NCBI GenBank assembly: GCA_963748625.1
Contig: CAVVJT010000004.1
Coordinates: 384,001-448,000 of the forward strand
Direction: 5' to 3'
Source of the DNA: an uncultured Chloroflexia bacterium
GTDB taxonomy: Bacteria; Chloroflexota; Limnocylindria; Limnocylindrales; CSP1-4
DNA: 64,000 nt
The notes beneath the pieces are model-generated. The model did not search any database and was not told the origin of the DNA. It saw only the letters and a program-made list of their open reading frames with translations. The first letter of the stretch is position 1, and every line of letters starts with the position of its first letter. Position numbers and translations under genes: made by a program. Below are positions 47,120 to 57,355 of the stretch, one piece after another.

Positions 47120-48481
47120 TTACGGAGTTTCCGCGACGGCGAGCCAGGCCGTTCCGCCGTCGCGGACGAGGAGTCCATCCGGTAGCTGGATCACAAGGTC
47201 GGGATGACGGGGCGCGACGGCGGCGCCGTCCTGATCGCCCGTCTTCGCTCGTGTCCAGGACCTTCCGTCGGCCGACGTCCAGACGGCTCGCCCATTGCGG
47301 TAGGCCACGATGCGCGTTCCATCACCCATGTACGAGCCGTCCACGCACGGCCGGCACTCGCCGTAACGCGGTGGTGTGGCAGGCAGCGGGCCCAACTTGT
47401 CCAGGACCGTCCAGCGCGTTGCATCGCGCGACGTGCACACGACCTGGGTGACGAGCGTGCTGCCCGTGTCGCCCGGCTCCCCCACCGGCACGGGGTTGAT
47501 GTCACCCACGGCGAGCATGCCGTCGGCCCCCGCAGCCACGGAGGACGCCACGCCGCAGCGGGCGGGAATGCGTGACCGTGACCATGTGACCCCGTCCGCC
47601 GAGGTCAGCGCCTTGCCGTCCCGGACGCTCACGAGTACGCCACCCTGCGCGGCGACAAGCGCCGGCCCAGAGCCCGCGTACTCACCTGTGCTGCCGGCCT
47701 GCGAGACGGACCAGGTGGTGCCGTCCCGTGTCACAGCGAGCACCTCCGCCGCGTAGCCCTCGATGACGAGCCACGGATCCGCGTGCCGGGCGAGGACGAC
47801 GTGGTTCGCCTCGTCACCGGTCTGCTCCTCCGGCAAGGCGATCGAGGGAGCCGGCAACTCCTCCCATACCGTCCCGTCGCTCGATGCCCACAGGCGCATG
47901 GGTCCGGTGAGGTCGCACAGCTCGACGGCTGGGACCGCGTCATCTGGCACGCACCACGAGCCCTGTTCCAGCGTGAGCACGACCACGCGCCCACCGAGCG
48001 GCGCCGCTGAGATGACGAGGCCCGTGCCGAACGTGCCGGCAGGGATCTCGCGCCAGGCGCCGGTCGATCGGACACCCATACTCGGGACCGGTAGCGGAGG
48101 ACAGATCGACGTCCTCACCGTCCGGGTCCACTCGTCCGGCACGAGCGTCTCACCAACGAGCAGGCGGCCACCGGGCCATTCGACCACGTCGATGGCATCG
48201 GCCAGTGGACTGCCAGCCTCAACGGCCCGCCATGTGAGCAACCGCCAGACGGCAGGCCTGGGCGTTGGGGCGGATGTTGGCAGCAACTCCGGGGCGCTCG
48301 GCCGGGGACTGGGTGAAGGCGAGGCCGGGACCCTCGATGGGCGATCGACACGACTGCTTGCCGTAGGCGCGGCTGTCCCGGATGGTGCGTCTGGCGCGAT
48401 GGCAGGGGTCGGCGAATCGTCGCTCCCGCATGCAGCCAGCAGCCCGAGCAGGAGCGCCACAAGGACGTGCCGGCCGGTCAT
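47120..48481 (-). CDS. Lipoprotein with BNR/Asp-box repeats (sialidase-like propeller)
   Basis: Lipobox LLAAC; SSDGTVW, TRDGTTW, SADGVTW, SRDATRW, SADGRSW. Confidence 0.75.
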   Translation of the reverse strand: MTGRHVLVALLLGLLAACGSDDSPTPAIAPDAPSGTAAPTASSRVDRPSRVPASPSPSPRPSAPELLPTSAPTPRPAVWRLLTWRAVEAGSPLADAIDVVEWPGGRLLVGETLVPDEWTRTVRTSICPPLPVPSMGVRSTGAWREIPAGTFGTGLVISAAPLGGRVVVLTLEQGSWCVPDDAVPAVELCDLTGPMRLWASSDGTVWEELPAPSIALPEEQTGDEANHVVLARHADPWLVIEGYAAEVLAVTRDGTTWSVSQAGSTGEYAGSGPALVAAQGGVLVSVRDGKALTSADGVTWSRSRIPARCGVASSVAAGADGMLAVGDINPVPVGEPGDTGSTLVTQVVCTSRDATRWTVLDKLGPLPATPPRYGECRPCVDGSYMGDGTRIVAYRNGRAVWTSADGRSWTRAKTGDQDGAAVAPRHPDLVIQLPDGLLVRDGGTAWLAVAETP

Positions 48482-48522
48482 GAGGGCAGCCTCCATCCAT
48501 CGCGGGACGCCATCGTGCGTGA

Positions 48523-48549
48523 GACGCGCACCCGACCGGGAGTGCTACA
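48523..48549 (-). promoter_or_regulatory. Putative ECF promoter (TGTAGC-N17-CGTC) of BNR lipoprotein
   Basis: Minus strand reads gaTGTAGCactcccggtcgggtgcgCGTCtc, just upstream of the lipoprotein start. Confidence 0.5.
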
Positions 48550-48570
48550 TCCCAGCACTCCGGAGCTCGA

Positions 48571-50006
48571 TCAGCTGCGGACCGAGCCCGCGAGCACCGC
48601 TGTCTGGGCTTCCGCGAGCCATTCCCGTGTCCGGGTCGCGGCGGCGAGACCCGACGTGATGCAGTCGGGGAGGCCGACGCCCCGGTACGAGGCCCCGGCC
48701 ACCGTCACCGCGGGCCAGGCGGAGACGGCCTCCTCGACGGCGCTCGCACGTGCCAGGTGGCCGACGGTGTAGCGCGGCATCGCGCCGTCCCAGCGGGAGA
48801 CGCGGACCAGCAGCGGCTCCCCGTTGATCTGGAGCGTGGCCGTTCGGCGTCGGCGCGGGCGGCGCCGACGAGATCGGCTTCCGGGAGCGAGGTCCACGTG
48901 CCCTCGTCGCGCACGAACATCCGGAGCAGCACCGTGTCGGCGGGCGCCCGGTCGGCCCACTTCTCGGAGGACCAGGTGCACGCTGAGATCGCGCCGCCCT
49001 CGCTGGGCGGGACGAGGTAACCGTGGCCCACCAGGTCGCGCCCGACGGCGCCCCGCGGGTACGCAAGCGTCACCAGGATGGACGTCCCGTGCGGGATCGT
49101 CTCGAGCGCGGACGCGGCGCCTGGGATCTCGGCCTCCAGCAGCCACGCGGCGACCGGCGCCGGGGTCGCGATGACCGCGCCGTCGAAGATCTCCACCGAC
49201 CCGTCGTCCAGGCGCGCTGCCACCCTGCTCCCAGCGCGGTCCAGCGCCCGCACCGGCACCCCCGTCCTGACGTCCGCGCCGAGCTCGTCCAGCGACGCCG
49301 CCAGCGCCTCCACGAGCGTGCCCATCCCCCCGCGCAGCGACTGGAACACGCCCATCGACTTCGCGCCCGGTGGCCGCTTCGCCGCCATCTCGCGCTGCTT
49401 GCGGCCATCCGCGAGCCCGGCCCGCAGCAGCGAGCGGTGCTCGGCCTCCGCGATGCGCAGCTGCGGAACCACGGCATCGAGCGAGAGCTCGTCGATCGGC
49501 GTGCCGTACACGCCGCCCACCAGCGGGCCCGCGAGCCGTTCCACGATCGGCGACCCGAGCCGGCGGCGCAGGTACACGCCCACGGCGATGTCCTCCGGCC
49601 CGAGGGAGCGCGGCGCCACCAGGTCGCGGGCCATGCGGGCCTTCTCGGGCCACGAGAACAGGCGTGTCCTGGCGAACGGCAGCACCTTCGTCGGCAGGAC
49701 GAGCCCGAGGCCCTCGGGCATGGGAACGAGCGAGCCCCGGTGGCGGATGTAGACGGCCCGCGGATCCCGCGTGCCCACCAGCTCGTCGCCGAGGCCCAGC
49801 TCGCGGGCGAGCGCGATCGCCGCCGGCCGCGTGGCCAGGAAGGAATCCGGCCCGTGCTCCAGCAGGAATCCGTCCACGTGCTCGGTGGCGATCTTGCCAC
49901 CCAACCGCGACCCCGCCTCGAGCAGTGTGACCGGAACCCCCGTGAGGGCCAGCGAGCGCGCGGCGGCGAGACCGGTGATCCCGCCGCCGACAATCAGGAC
50001 GCCCAT
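48571..50006 (-). CDS. hemY: Coproporphyrinogen/protoporphyrinogen oxidase HemY (CgoX) (apparent frameshift near 48840)
   Basis: VGGGITGL, EHGPDSFL, GGVYG, SSEKW; the C-terminus (MPRYTVGH, GVGLPDCI) is in another frame. Confidence 0.9.
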
Positions 50007-50026
50007 GTGGATCCGCCGGCCCAGGC

Positions 50027-51230
50027 CTACGCCATGCCGTACTGGGGCAGGTCGCCCGACGGCACGTAGGGGCAGAGCGGGTCGGACTCGAGCGGATCGC
50101 CCGTCCACATGTAGGCGCGGGCGCGCGAGCCGCCGCAGACGCGCGACCACTCGCACACGCCGCAACGGCCCTTGAACTCCTGCGGCTTGCGCAGTGCCTG
50201 CATGAGGGGGTGGTCGCGGTACACATCCACGATCGAGTCGGTCCGGACATTGCCCAGCGGGATCGGCAGGAAGCCCGACGGATTGATGGTGCCGTCGTGG
50301 TTGATGAACACGATCCCGTTGCCGTCGCGGATGCCGAACCCCCGCCCGACGGACGTCGCAAGGATCTCCTCGAAGGACTTGCCGTCCGCCTCCATCGAGC
50401 GGACTGCGAGACGGCGGTAGTGGGTCGCCTCGGTGGTCTTGACCTGGAACGGCGCGGTCTTGGACAGCTCGAACGCCCAGGCGTTGAGCTTCTCGGACTG
50501 GCCGGGCGTGACCTCCTTGAGCTCCGAGCCCCGGCCCGTGGTGATGAGCATGAACAGGCTCCAGCGCATGATGTCCATGCCCAGGAGCAGCTCGTAGATG
50601 GCCGGCAGGTCCTCGAGCGTCTCGTCGGTGACGAGCGTGTTGACCTGGATCGGCAGGCCCGCGGCACGCGCCCACGTGGCCGCCTTGAGGGTCTTCTCGA
50701 ACGTGCCCGCGACCATGCGGAAGCCGTCGTGGCGCTCGGGGTTGGAGCCGTCGAGCGAGAGGCTGATGTTCTGGACGCCCGCGTCGCGCAGGCGCTCCAT
50801 GGCCTCCTGGGTGAGCAGGTCGGTGGCCGCCGGTGCGAGGCTCGGCGCCGATGCCGCGGGCGGTCGCCGCGCGCACGAGGTCCTCGAGGTCGGGGCGGTT
50901 GAGCGGGTCGCCACCGGTGAAGACGACATGCGGGTACGGCCGCCCGAACTTCGTGATCTCGTCGAGGAGCCTGTAGCCCTCCTCGGTGCTGAGCTCGAGC
51001 GGGTTGCGCTCGGCCTGGGCGGTGGCGCGGCAGTGACGGCAGGCGAGGCCGCAGGCGAGGGTCGTCTCCCAGTACACGAGCATGGGCGCGCGGTTGTAGA
51101 CGTAGCCCTCGGCGCGGACGGCACCGACGCCGGTGATGCCGGGGTGGCCGCCGCCCGGATGGCCGCCAGGGTGCCCTCCTGGATGGCCGCCGGGGCGGCC
51201 GGCCGGGGTGGGTTCGATCGTGGTGGTCAT
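50027..51230 (-). CDS. Radical SAM/SPASM protein, AhbD/NirJ-related (apparent frameshift near 50845)
   Basis: YWETTLACGLACRHCRA, TGGDP, SLSLDG, PSGFLP, SPASM CGVCEWSRVCGGSRARAY...DPLC; N-terminal (GGHP)n. Confidence 0.88.
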
Positions 51231-51253
51231 GGCGCTCTCCTGCGGACGCGGCG

Positions 51254-52189
51254 CTAGGCGACGGGGACGGGCCGGAGGGCGTCGACGGCGATGTCGGCGA
51301 GACCGGCGATGAACGTGGGATCGGTGTTCATCGAGCGTGCGCGCTCGAGCCGGATCCCGGCCTGCGCGGCAACCCCCTGCGCCTCGATGTCGATGTCGTA
51401 GAGGACTTCCAGGTGGTCGGCGACGAAGCCGACGGGCCGGATCACGAGGCCCGGCACGCCCTCGGCGGCAAGGCGGCTGATCTCGACCAGGATGTCCGGG
51501 CCAAGCCAGGGCTCGTCGGTCCGGCCGGCGCTCTGGAAGGCGAACTCGTAGTCCTCGATGCCCAGGCGCTGCGCCACCAGGCGCGCGGTGGCCGCGAGCT
51601 CGGCCGGGTACGGGTCGCCGTCGGCGAGGACGCGGGCGGGAAGGCTGTGGGCGGTGAACATGAACCGGACGCCGGTCGGGTCCTCGAAGCGGGCGAGCGC
51701 CTCGCGGGCGGTCTCGGCCAGCGCCTCGATGAACTGCGGCTGGTCATGCCAGGAGGTCACGTAGAGGACCTCTGGCGGCGTTGCGCCCGCTGCGGCGATG
51801 TCCGCGAGGGCGGCGTCCACGGCGCGCTTGTAGCCCGCGGCATTGGACGACGCCTGGGGTGCGAGCGCGATGGCCACGAGACGCTCGACGCCGTCGGCGG
51901 CCATGCCCTTCACGATGTCACCGATCCGCGGCGCGATGTGGCGCATGCCGGCGTACACGGGGACGTTCACGCCCCGGGAGGCCAGCTCCGCCTCGAGCGC
52001 CGCCCGCTGCTCCTCCACGATCCGGCTCAGCGGGGACCCGCCACCGATGGCGCGATACCGGCCCAGCAGCTCCTCGAGCAGGTGCGGCGCGGGCGGCGAG
52101 CCCCGGCGGATGTCCGTGTAGTACGCCTCGACCTGGTCGAGGGAGTCGGGGGAGCCGTAGGCCATCAGCAGGACGGCATCTGTGGTCAT
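51254..52189 (-). CDS. hemH: Ferrochelatase (coproporphyrin type, CpfC/HemH)
   Basis: LLMAYGSP, YYTDIRRG, FTAHSLP, QSAGRT..PWLGPDI, GFVADHLEVLYDID. Confidence 0.95.
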   Translation of the reverse strand: MTTDAVLLMAYGSPDSLDQVEAYYTDIRRGSPPAPHLLEELLGRYRAIGGGSPLSRIVEEQRAALEAELASRGVNVPVYAGMRHIAPRIGDIVKGMAADGVERLVAIALAPQASSNAAGYKRAVDAALADIAAAGATPPEVLYVTSWHDQPQFIEALAETAREALARFEDPTGVRFMFTAHSLPARVLADGDPYPAELAATARLVAQRLGIEDYEFAFQSAGRTDEPWLGPDILVEISRLAAEGVPGLVIRPVGFVADHLEVLYDIDIEAQGVAAQAGIRLERARSMNTDPTFIAGLADIAVDALRPVPVA

Positions 52190-53271
52190 CGGGACGCTCC
52201 ATGTTCGTGGACGAGGTCGACAAGGCGCGCGAGCTGGTCGGGGTCGGTCCCGGGGAGGACCCCGTGCCCCAGGTTGAAGATGTGGCCCGGTCGGCGGTCG
52301 TTCTGGGCCAGGATCCAGCGTGCGGTCTCCTCCACGCCCTCCCATGGGCCGAGCAGCAGGACCGGGTCGAGGTTCCCCTGGACCGCCCGGTCGCCCACGA
52401 TCCGGCGGCCCTCGGACAGCGCGATCCGCCAGTCGAGACCGATGACGTCGCCGCCGGCCTGCGCCTGGAGGGCGAGCAGGCCCGCCGTCCCCACGCCGAA
52501 GTGCGTCTTGGGCACGTTGAGATCGGCGATGCCCGCGAACAGGCGCCGGTAGTGCGGGAGGAGCCGGACCTCGTAGTCGAGCGGCGAGAGGCCGCCCACC
52601 CACGAATCGAACAGCTGGACCGCCTCGGCGCCGGCGGCCACCTGGGCCCGCAGGTAGGCGATCGTCGCGTCCACCAGGCGGTCCAGGAGCGCGGCCCAAG
52701 TCTCGGGCTCTGCGTGCATGAGGCGCTTGGTGTTGACGAAGTCCCGTGACGGACCGCCCTCGACGAGGTAACAGGCGAGCGTGAACGGCGCGCCCGCGAA
52801 GCCGATCAGCGGCACGGGGGACTCGCGCCGGATGATCGAGATCGCCTCGAGCAGGGCCGGGACGGCGTCCTCCGGGTTGAAGGCTCGCAGAGCGACGACG
52901 TCGGCCATGGACCGGACCGGCCGCTCCATCACGGGCCCGCGACCCTCGACGATGTCGAACGCGACACCCAGGCCGGTGAAGGGCGTGGTGATGTCCGCGA
53001 AGAGGATCGCCGCATCCACGCCCAGGCGGTGGACGGGCTGGAGGGTGACCTCGGCGCAGAGGGGGGCGTCGCGGGTTATCTCGATGAGCGTCGCGCGCTC
53101 ACGGATCTTGCGGTACTCGGGGAGCGCGCGACCGGCCTGGCGCATGAACCACACCGGCGTCGTGTCCACGGACAGGCTCCGCGCGGCGCGCAGGAACCTG
53201 GCGTCGGGGCGGGGCGCGGGGACCGTCGCGTCCTGCCGCATCGCCGGTCCTGACGAGGTCTCCGCGCTCAT
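52186..53271 (-). CDS. hemE: Uroporphyrinogen decarboxylase
   Basis: PVWFMRQAGRALPEY, AAILFADI, QGNLDP, IFNLGHG. Confidence 0.96.
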   Translation of the reverse strand: MSAETSSGPAMRQDATVPAPRPDARFLRAARSLSVDTTPVWFMRQAGRALPEYRKIRERATLIEITRDAPLCAEVTLQPVHRLGVDAAILFADITTPFTGLGVAFDIVEGRGPVMERPVRSMADVVALRAFNPEDAVPALLEAISIIRRESPVPLIGFAGAPFTLACYLVEGGPSRDFVNTKRLMHAEPETWAALLDRLVDATIAYLRAQVAAGAEAVQLFDSWVGGLSPLDYEVRLLPHYRRLFAGIADLNVPKTHFGVGTAGLLALQAQAGGDVIGLDWRIALSEGRRIVGDRAVQGNLDPVLLLGPWEGVEETARWILAQNDRRPGHIFNLGHGVLPGTDPDQLARLVDLVHEHGASR

Positions 53272-54542
53272 GCCGCGAACGCGGTCCGGGCCGCTGCCAG
53301 CGTCTCGGCGACCTCGGCCTCGCCGTGCGCGGCCGAGATGAACCAGGCCTCGAACTGGGACGGCGCCAGCAGCACACCCGCGTCCAGCATCGCGCCGAAG
53401 AACCGGGTGTAGGCGTCCCGGTCGGACGTGCCCGCCTCGGCCCAGTTGCGGGGGACCGACGGCCGGAAGAACACGGTGAGGAGCGAGCCCACCCGGGCGA
53501 TCGCGACATCCCGCCCGGCCTTGGCAGCGGCCTCGCGGAGCCCCGCTTCCAGCCCTGCGCCCGTACGCTCCAGGCCCGCGTAGAGCTCGGGCGTGAGGAG
53601 GTCGAGGGTGGCCACGCCAGCAGCCATCGCGAGCGGGTGGCCGGACAGCGTGCCCGCCTGGTAGACCGGGCCCTCGGGGGCGATCAGGGCCATGAGGTCG
53701 GCCCGACCGCCGTACGCACCGACGGGCATCCCGCCGCCGATGATCTTGCCCAGGGTGGTGATGTCGGGGGTGACGCCGAACCGCTCCTGGGCCCCGCCGC
53801 GTGCGACCCGGAAGCCCGTGATGACCTCGTCGAAGATGAGCAGCGCGCCGTTGGCGGCCGTCAGCTCGCGAAGTGATTCGAGGAAGCCGGGCTCGGGGGC
53901 GATGACGCCCACATTGGCCCCGACAGGCTCGACGATGATCGCCGCGATGCGGTCCGGGTGCGCCCGGAAGGCGGCGGCCACGGCGTCGCTGTCGTTGTAC
54001 GGCAGGACCACGGTGTCCGACGCGGCGCCCGCGGTCACGCCGGCCGAGCCAGGCATGGCCAGCGTTGCGAGGCCCGAACCGGCATCGACCAGCAGGCTGT
54101 CACCGTGGCCGTGGTAGCCGCCCGCGAACTTGACGATGACGTCGCGGCCGGTCGCGCCGCGGGCGAGCCGCAGGGCGCTCATCACGGCCTCGGTGCCGGA
54201 CGACACGAAGCGCATTCGCTCCATGGACGGCATGGCCGCCCGGACCCGCTCGCCGAGCTCGATCTCCCGGGGCCCGGTGGCGCCGAGCGCGAATCCGTCG
54301 AGCGCCGCCTCGCGGACCGCCTGGACCACGGCCGGGGCACCGTGGCCCAGGATCGCGGGTCCCCACGAGCCGATGTAGTCGAGATACCAGCGCCCGTCGG
54401 CGTCGCGCACGCGCGCGCCCTCGCCTCGATCGAGCACGAGCGGTGGGCGGCCGACGGACCGGAAGGCCCGGACTGGGCTGTTGACGCCGCCCGGGAACAG
54501 GTCAGCGGCCCGCTCGCGGAGCTCCGCCTGGGTCGTTGCCAT
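53268..54542 (-). CDS. hemL: Glutamate-1-semialdehyde 2,1-aminomutase
   Basis: PGGVNSPVRAF, SGTEA, FDEVITGFR, GKIIGGG, YQAGTLSG, PSQFE. Confidence 0.96.
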   Translation of the reverse strand: MATTQAELRERAADLFPGGVNSPVRAFRSVGRPPLVLDRGEGARVRDADGRWYLDYIGSWGPAILGHGAPAVVQAVREAALDGFALGATGPREIELGERVRAAMPSMERMRFVSSGTEAVMSALRLARGATGRDVIVKFAGGYHGHGDSLLVDAGSGLATLAMPGSAGVTAGAASDTVVLPYNDSDAVAAAFRAHPDRIAAIIVEPVGANVGVIAPEPGFLESLRELTAANGALLIFDEVITGFRVARGGAQERFGVTPDITTLGKIIGGGMPVGAYGGRADLMALIAPEGPVYQAGTLSGHPLAMAAGVATLDLLTPELYAGLERTGAGLEAGLREAAAKAGRDVAIARVGSLLTVFFRPSVPRNWAEAGTSDRDAYTRFFGAMLDAGVLLAPSQFEAWFISAAHGEAEVAETLAAARTAFAA

Positions 54543-55568
54543 CTACATCGCCTCCCGGGCCCACGCGGCGAGGTCCGCGGCGGCATACGTGATCACGAAC
54601 CCGGCGCCTGCGCGCAGGATCGAGGTGGTGGATTCGGTCAGGGCGCGGCGCCGGTCCAGCCAGCCGCGCTCGGCGGCCGCCACGATGGAGGCGTACTCGC
54701 CGCTCACCTGGTAGGCGCCGATCGGGACGTCGTAGCGGGCGCGGGCGGCGGCCAGGATGTCCAGGGAGGGCATCGCCGGCTTCACGAGGATCATGTCCGC
54801 GCCCTCGGCGAGGTCGTGCTCGATCTCCCGCATGGACTCGCGGGCGTTGGCCGGGTCCATCTGGTAGCCGCGCCGGTCGCCAAAGGCGGGCTTGGAGCCC
54901 GCGGCGTCGCGGAACGGGCCGTAGAAGGCGGATGCCGTCTTCGCGGCGTAGGCCAGGATCGCGGTGTCGTGGTGGGCGTCCGTGTCCAGCGCGCTGCGGA
55001 TGGCGGCGACCTGGCCGTCCATCATGGCGGAGGGGGCGACGATGTCCGCGCCCGCCGCAGCCTGGCTCGCAGCCGTGCGGCCGAGCAGCTCGATGGTCGC
55101 GTCGTTGTCCACACACCCGTTGGCAAGGAGCGGACCGCAGTGCCCGTGGTCCGTGTACTCGCACAGGCAGGTGTCGGCGATCAGGACCAGGTCCAGGTCC
55201 GCATCGCGGAAGCGCCGCAGGGTCTCCTGGACGATGCCGTCCTCGATCCAGCCACCGGTGCCGATGTCGTCCTTGTCGGCCGGCAGGCCGAACAGGATCA
55301 CGCCGCCGACGCCGAGGGAGGCCAGCTTGCGCCCATCGATGAGCGCCTCGTCGGGGGTGACGCGCTCCACGCCGGGCATGGAGCCGACGGGCTGGCGGCC
55401 CTCGCGCCCCTGGTAGACGAAGATCGGCGCGACGAGCTGGCGGGGATGGATCCGCGTCTCCCGCACGAATGCGCGGAGCGTCTCGGTGCGGCGGGTGCGG
55501 TGCAGGCGGTGAGCCGTGTCCGGCAGCGCGGACGCCGCGTCGGGGGCTGGGGCGAGGGCGAGGCTCAC
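54543..55568 (-). CDS. hemB: Porphobilinogen synthase (Zn-type)
   Basis: DTCLCEYTDHGHCG, APSAMMDG, FYGPFRDA, VKP, AYQVSGEY. Confidence 0.96.
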   Translation of the reverse strand: MSLALAPAPDAASALPDTAHRLHRTRRTETLRAFVRETRIHPRQLVAPIFVYQGREGRQPVGSMPGVERVTPDEALIDGRKLASLGVGGVILFGLPADKDDIGTGGWIEDGIVQETLRRFRDADLDLVLIADTCLCEYTDHGHCGPLLANGCVDNDATIELLGRTAASQAAAGADIVAPSAMMDGQVAAIRSALDTDAHHDTAILAYAAKTASAFYGPFRDAAGSKPAFGDRRGYQMDPANARESMREIEHDLAEGADMILVKPAMPSLDILAAARARYDVPIGAYQVSGEYASIVAAAERGWLDRRRALTESTTSILRAGAGFVITYAAADLAAWAREAM

Positions 55569-57355
55569 TGGACTCCTCCGTTATCGGTGGCGGGGGTGTG
55601 GGCCTCGCCGACGGCCGGCTCGGGGGTTCCGGCGCCGGCGAGGCCCAGGGAGAAAGCGGTGAAGGCGGCGAGGGACGCGGCATCGGGGGCTGGGGCGGTA
55701 AGGACGGTGGTGAAGCCCACCGCCCGGCAGGCATCGGCTGTGGTGGCGCCCGAGGCGATGACCGGGATCGCCAGGATGCGGGCGCGGTCGGCGTCGGCCG
55801 CGAGGGTCACCAGGCCACGGGCCGTGGAGCCGCTCGCGAGCACGAGTGCATCGAGGGGGCCGTCCTCGAGCGCGGCGGCCAGCGGCGCACGCGAGCCCTC
55901 AGGACCCTCGCGGGTCTCGTAGGCGATGACCTCCGTGACGCGGACGCCGCGCTCGCGCAGGGCGGCCGGCAGGATCACGTCGGCGATGTCGGCGCGGGGC
56001 AGGAGGACATGGTCACGGCGGTCGAGGTCGAGCTCCACGGCGAGGGTCGCCGCGTTGGCCTCGGAGGGGATGAAGACGTCGTCGATCCCGTGGGTGCGCA
56101 GGACCTCGGCGGTCGCCTCCCCTACCGCCGCCCAGCGGAACGCGCGCGGCTCCTGGCCGTTCCGCGCGAGGGCGGCGAGCACGGCGACGGCGGCACTGCC
56201 GCTGGTCACGACGATCAGCGTCGCGGACGGGGCGCCGGCGAGGGCCTGGTCGCCGGCAATGGCCTCGTCGAAGGCGCCACCGGGCGCAGCCGGCACGATC
56301 TCGATTCCCGGCACGTGGACGGCGTCCACCCCTGCGTCCTCGAGCGCCTTGAGGAGCGCGTCCGCGCGTCCGGCCGGCCGGCCGACCAGCACCCGGGGTC
56401 GCTCGCGGAGGGCGACGATGCGGGCTGCAAGCCGGGCGGCGAGGTCACGGCGGTCGTCAGCTCCAGCGCTGCCCGCCACCCAGCCGACGGTGGCGGCGTG
56501 GATCGCACGTTCGGGGGCGGCCTCGCCAACCCAGGTGCGGCCGGCACCCGCGGTCAGCGTCAGGCGACCTTCGCGAACCCTCCCGACCACGCCGATCGGC
56601 GAGCGGCAGCCGCCGCCGGTCGCGTTGAGCAGCGCCCGCTCGGCCTCGACCGCCACGCGGGTGGCCTCGTCGTCGAGCAGGCCCACCGCGGCGATCGCCT
56701 CGGCGTCGGTGGCGCGCACCTGGAGCGCGAGGGATCCCTGGCCGGGCGCCCAGGGGACAAGATCGGACGGGAGGATGTCGTCGATGCGGGCCGCGAGCCC
56801 CATGCGCGTCAGCCCGGCCACCGCGAGCACGAGCGCGTCGCTGTCGCCGCGGTCAAGCTTCGCGAGACGGGTGTCCACGTTGCCGTGGAGCGGGTGGAGC
56901 TGCAGATCCGGGCGCAGGGCCAGCAGGAATGCGGCGCGCCGCGGGCTGTCGGTGCCCACGCGGGCGCCTTCGGGCAGGGTGGTGAGCGTCGTCCCGCGGA
57001 CCCGGCACACGAGGGCGTCGCGGGCGTCCTCGCGCGGCGGGTAGGCGGCGATCACGAGGTCGGGGTGCTCGTCAGTGGGGACATCCTTGGCGCTGTGGAC
57101 GGCAAGATCCACGCGGTCCTCCAGGAGGGCGCCCACGATCCGGCCCACGAAGGCTCCCTCGCCCCACGCGGTGTCGATCGGGCGGTCGTCGCCCTCGGTC
57201 CGGATGATCGTGATCTCGGCGGGGATGCCGTGGTCGGCGAGGCGGGCGGCGACCCAGTTCGCCTGGACGAGGGCGAGGGCGCTGCCGCGGGTGCCGATGC
57301 GCAGGGTTCGGGTCATGGGACGCATCTCGATGGTGGTGATGGGGCCGTCGGTCAC
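55565..57355 (-). CDS. hemC: Fused hydroxymethylbilane synthase / uroporphyrinogen-III synthase
   Basis: IGTRGSALALVQ, AVHSAKD, GNVDTRL, GGCRSP, followed in frame by a HemD-like domain (AVGEATA, VIAYET, ASGS). Confidence 0.92.
   Translation of the reverse strand: MTDGPITTIEMRPMTRTLRIGTRGSALALVQANWVAARLADHGIPAEITIIRTEGDDRPIDTAWGEGAFVGRIVGALLEDRVDLAVHSAKDVPTDEHPDLVIAAYPPREDARDALVCRVRGTTLTTLPEGARVGTDSPRRAAFLLALRPDLQLHPLHGNVDTRLAKLDRGDSDALVLAVAGLTRMGLAARIDDILPSDLVPWAPGQGSLALQVRATDAEAIAAVGLLDDEATRVAVEAERALLNATGGGCRSPIGVVGRVREGRLTLTAGAGRTWVGEAAPERAIHAATVGWVAGSAGADDRRDLAARLAARIVALRERPRVLVGRPAGRADALLKALEDAGVDAVHVPGIEIVPAAPGGAFDEAIAGDQALAGAPSATLIVVTSGSAAVAVLAALARNGQEPRAFRWAAVGEATAEVLRTHGIDDVFIPSEANAATLAVELDLDRRDHVLLPRADIADVILPAALRERGVRVTEVIAYETREGPEGSRAPLAAALEDGPLDALVLASGSTARGLVTLAADADRARILAIPVIASGATTADACRAVGFTTVLTAPAPDAASLAAFTAFSLGLAGAGTPEPAVGEAHTPATDNGGVQ

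Noticed and set aside
48705-51230. Apparent radical SAM-HemY fusion (841-aa ORF)
   Set aside because: Artefact of the frameshift near 50845. The middle is out-of-frame sequence and hemY has its own ATG at 50006.
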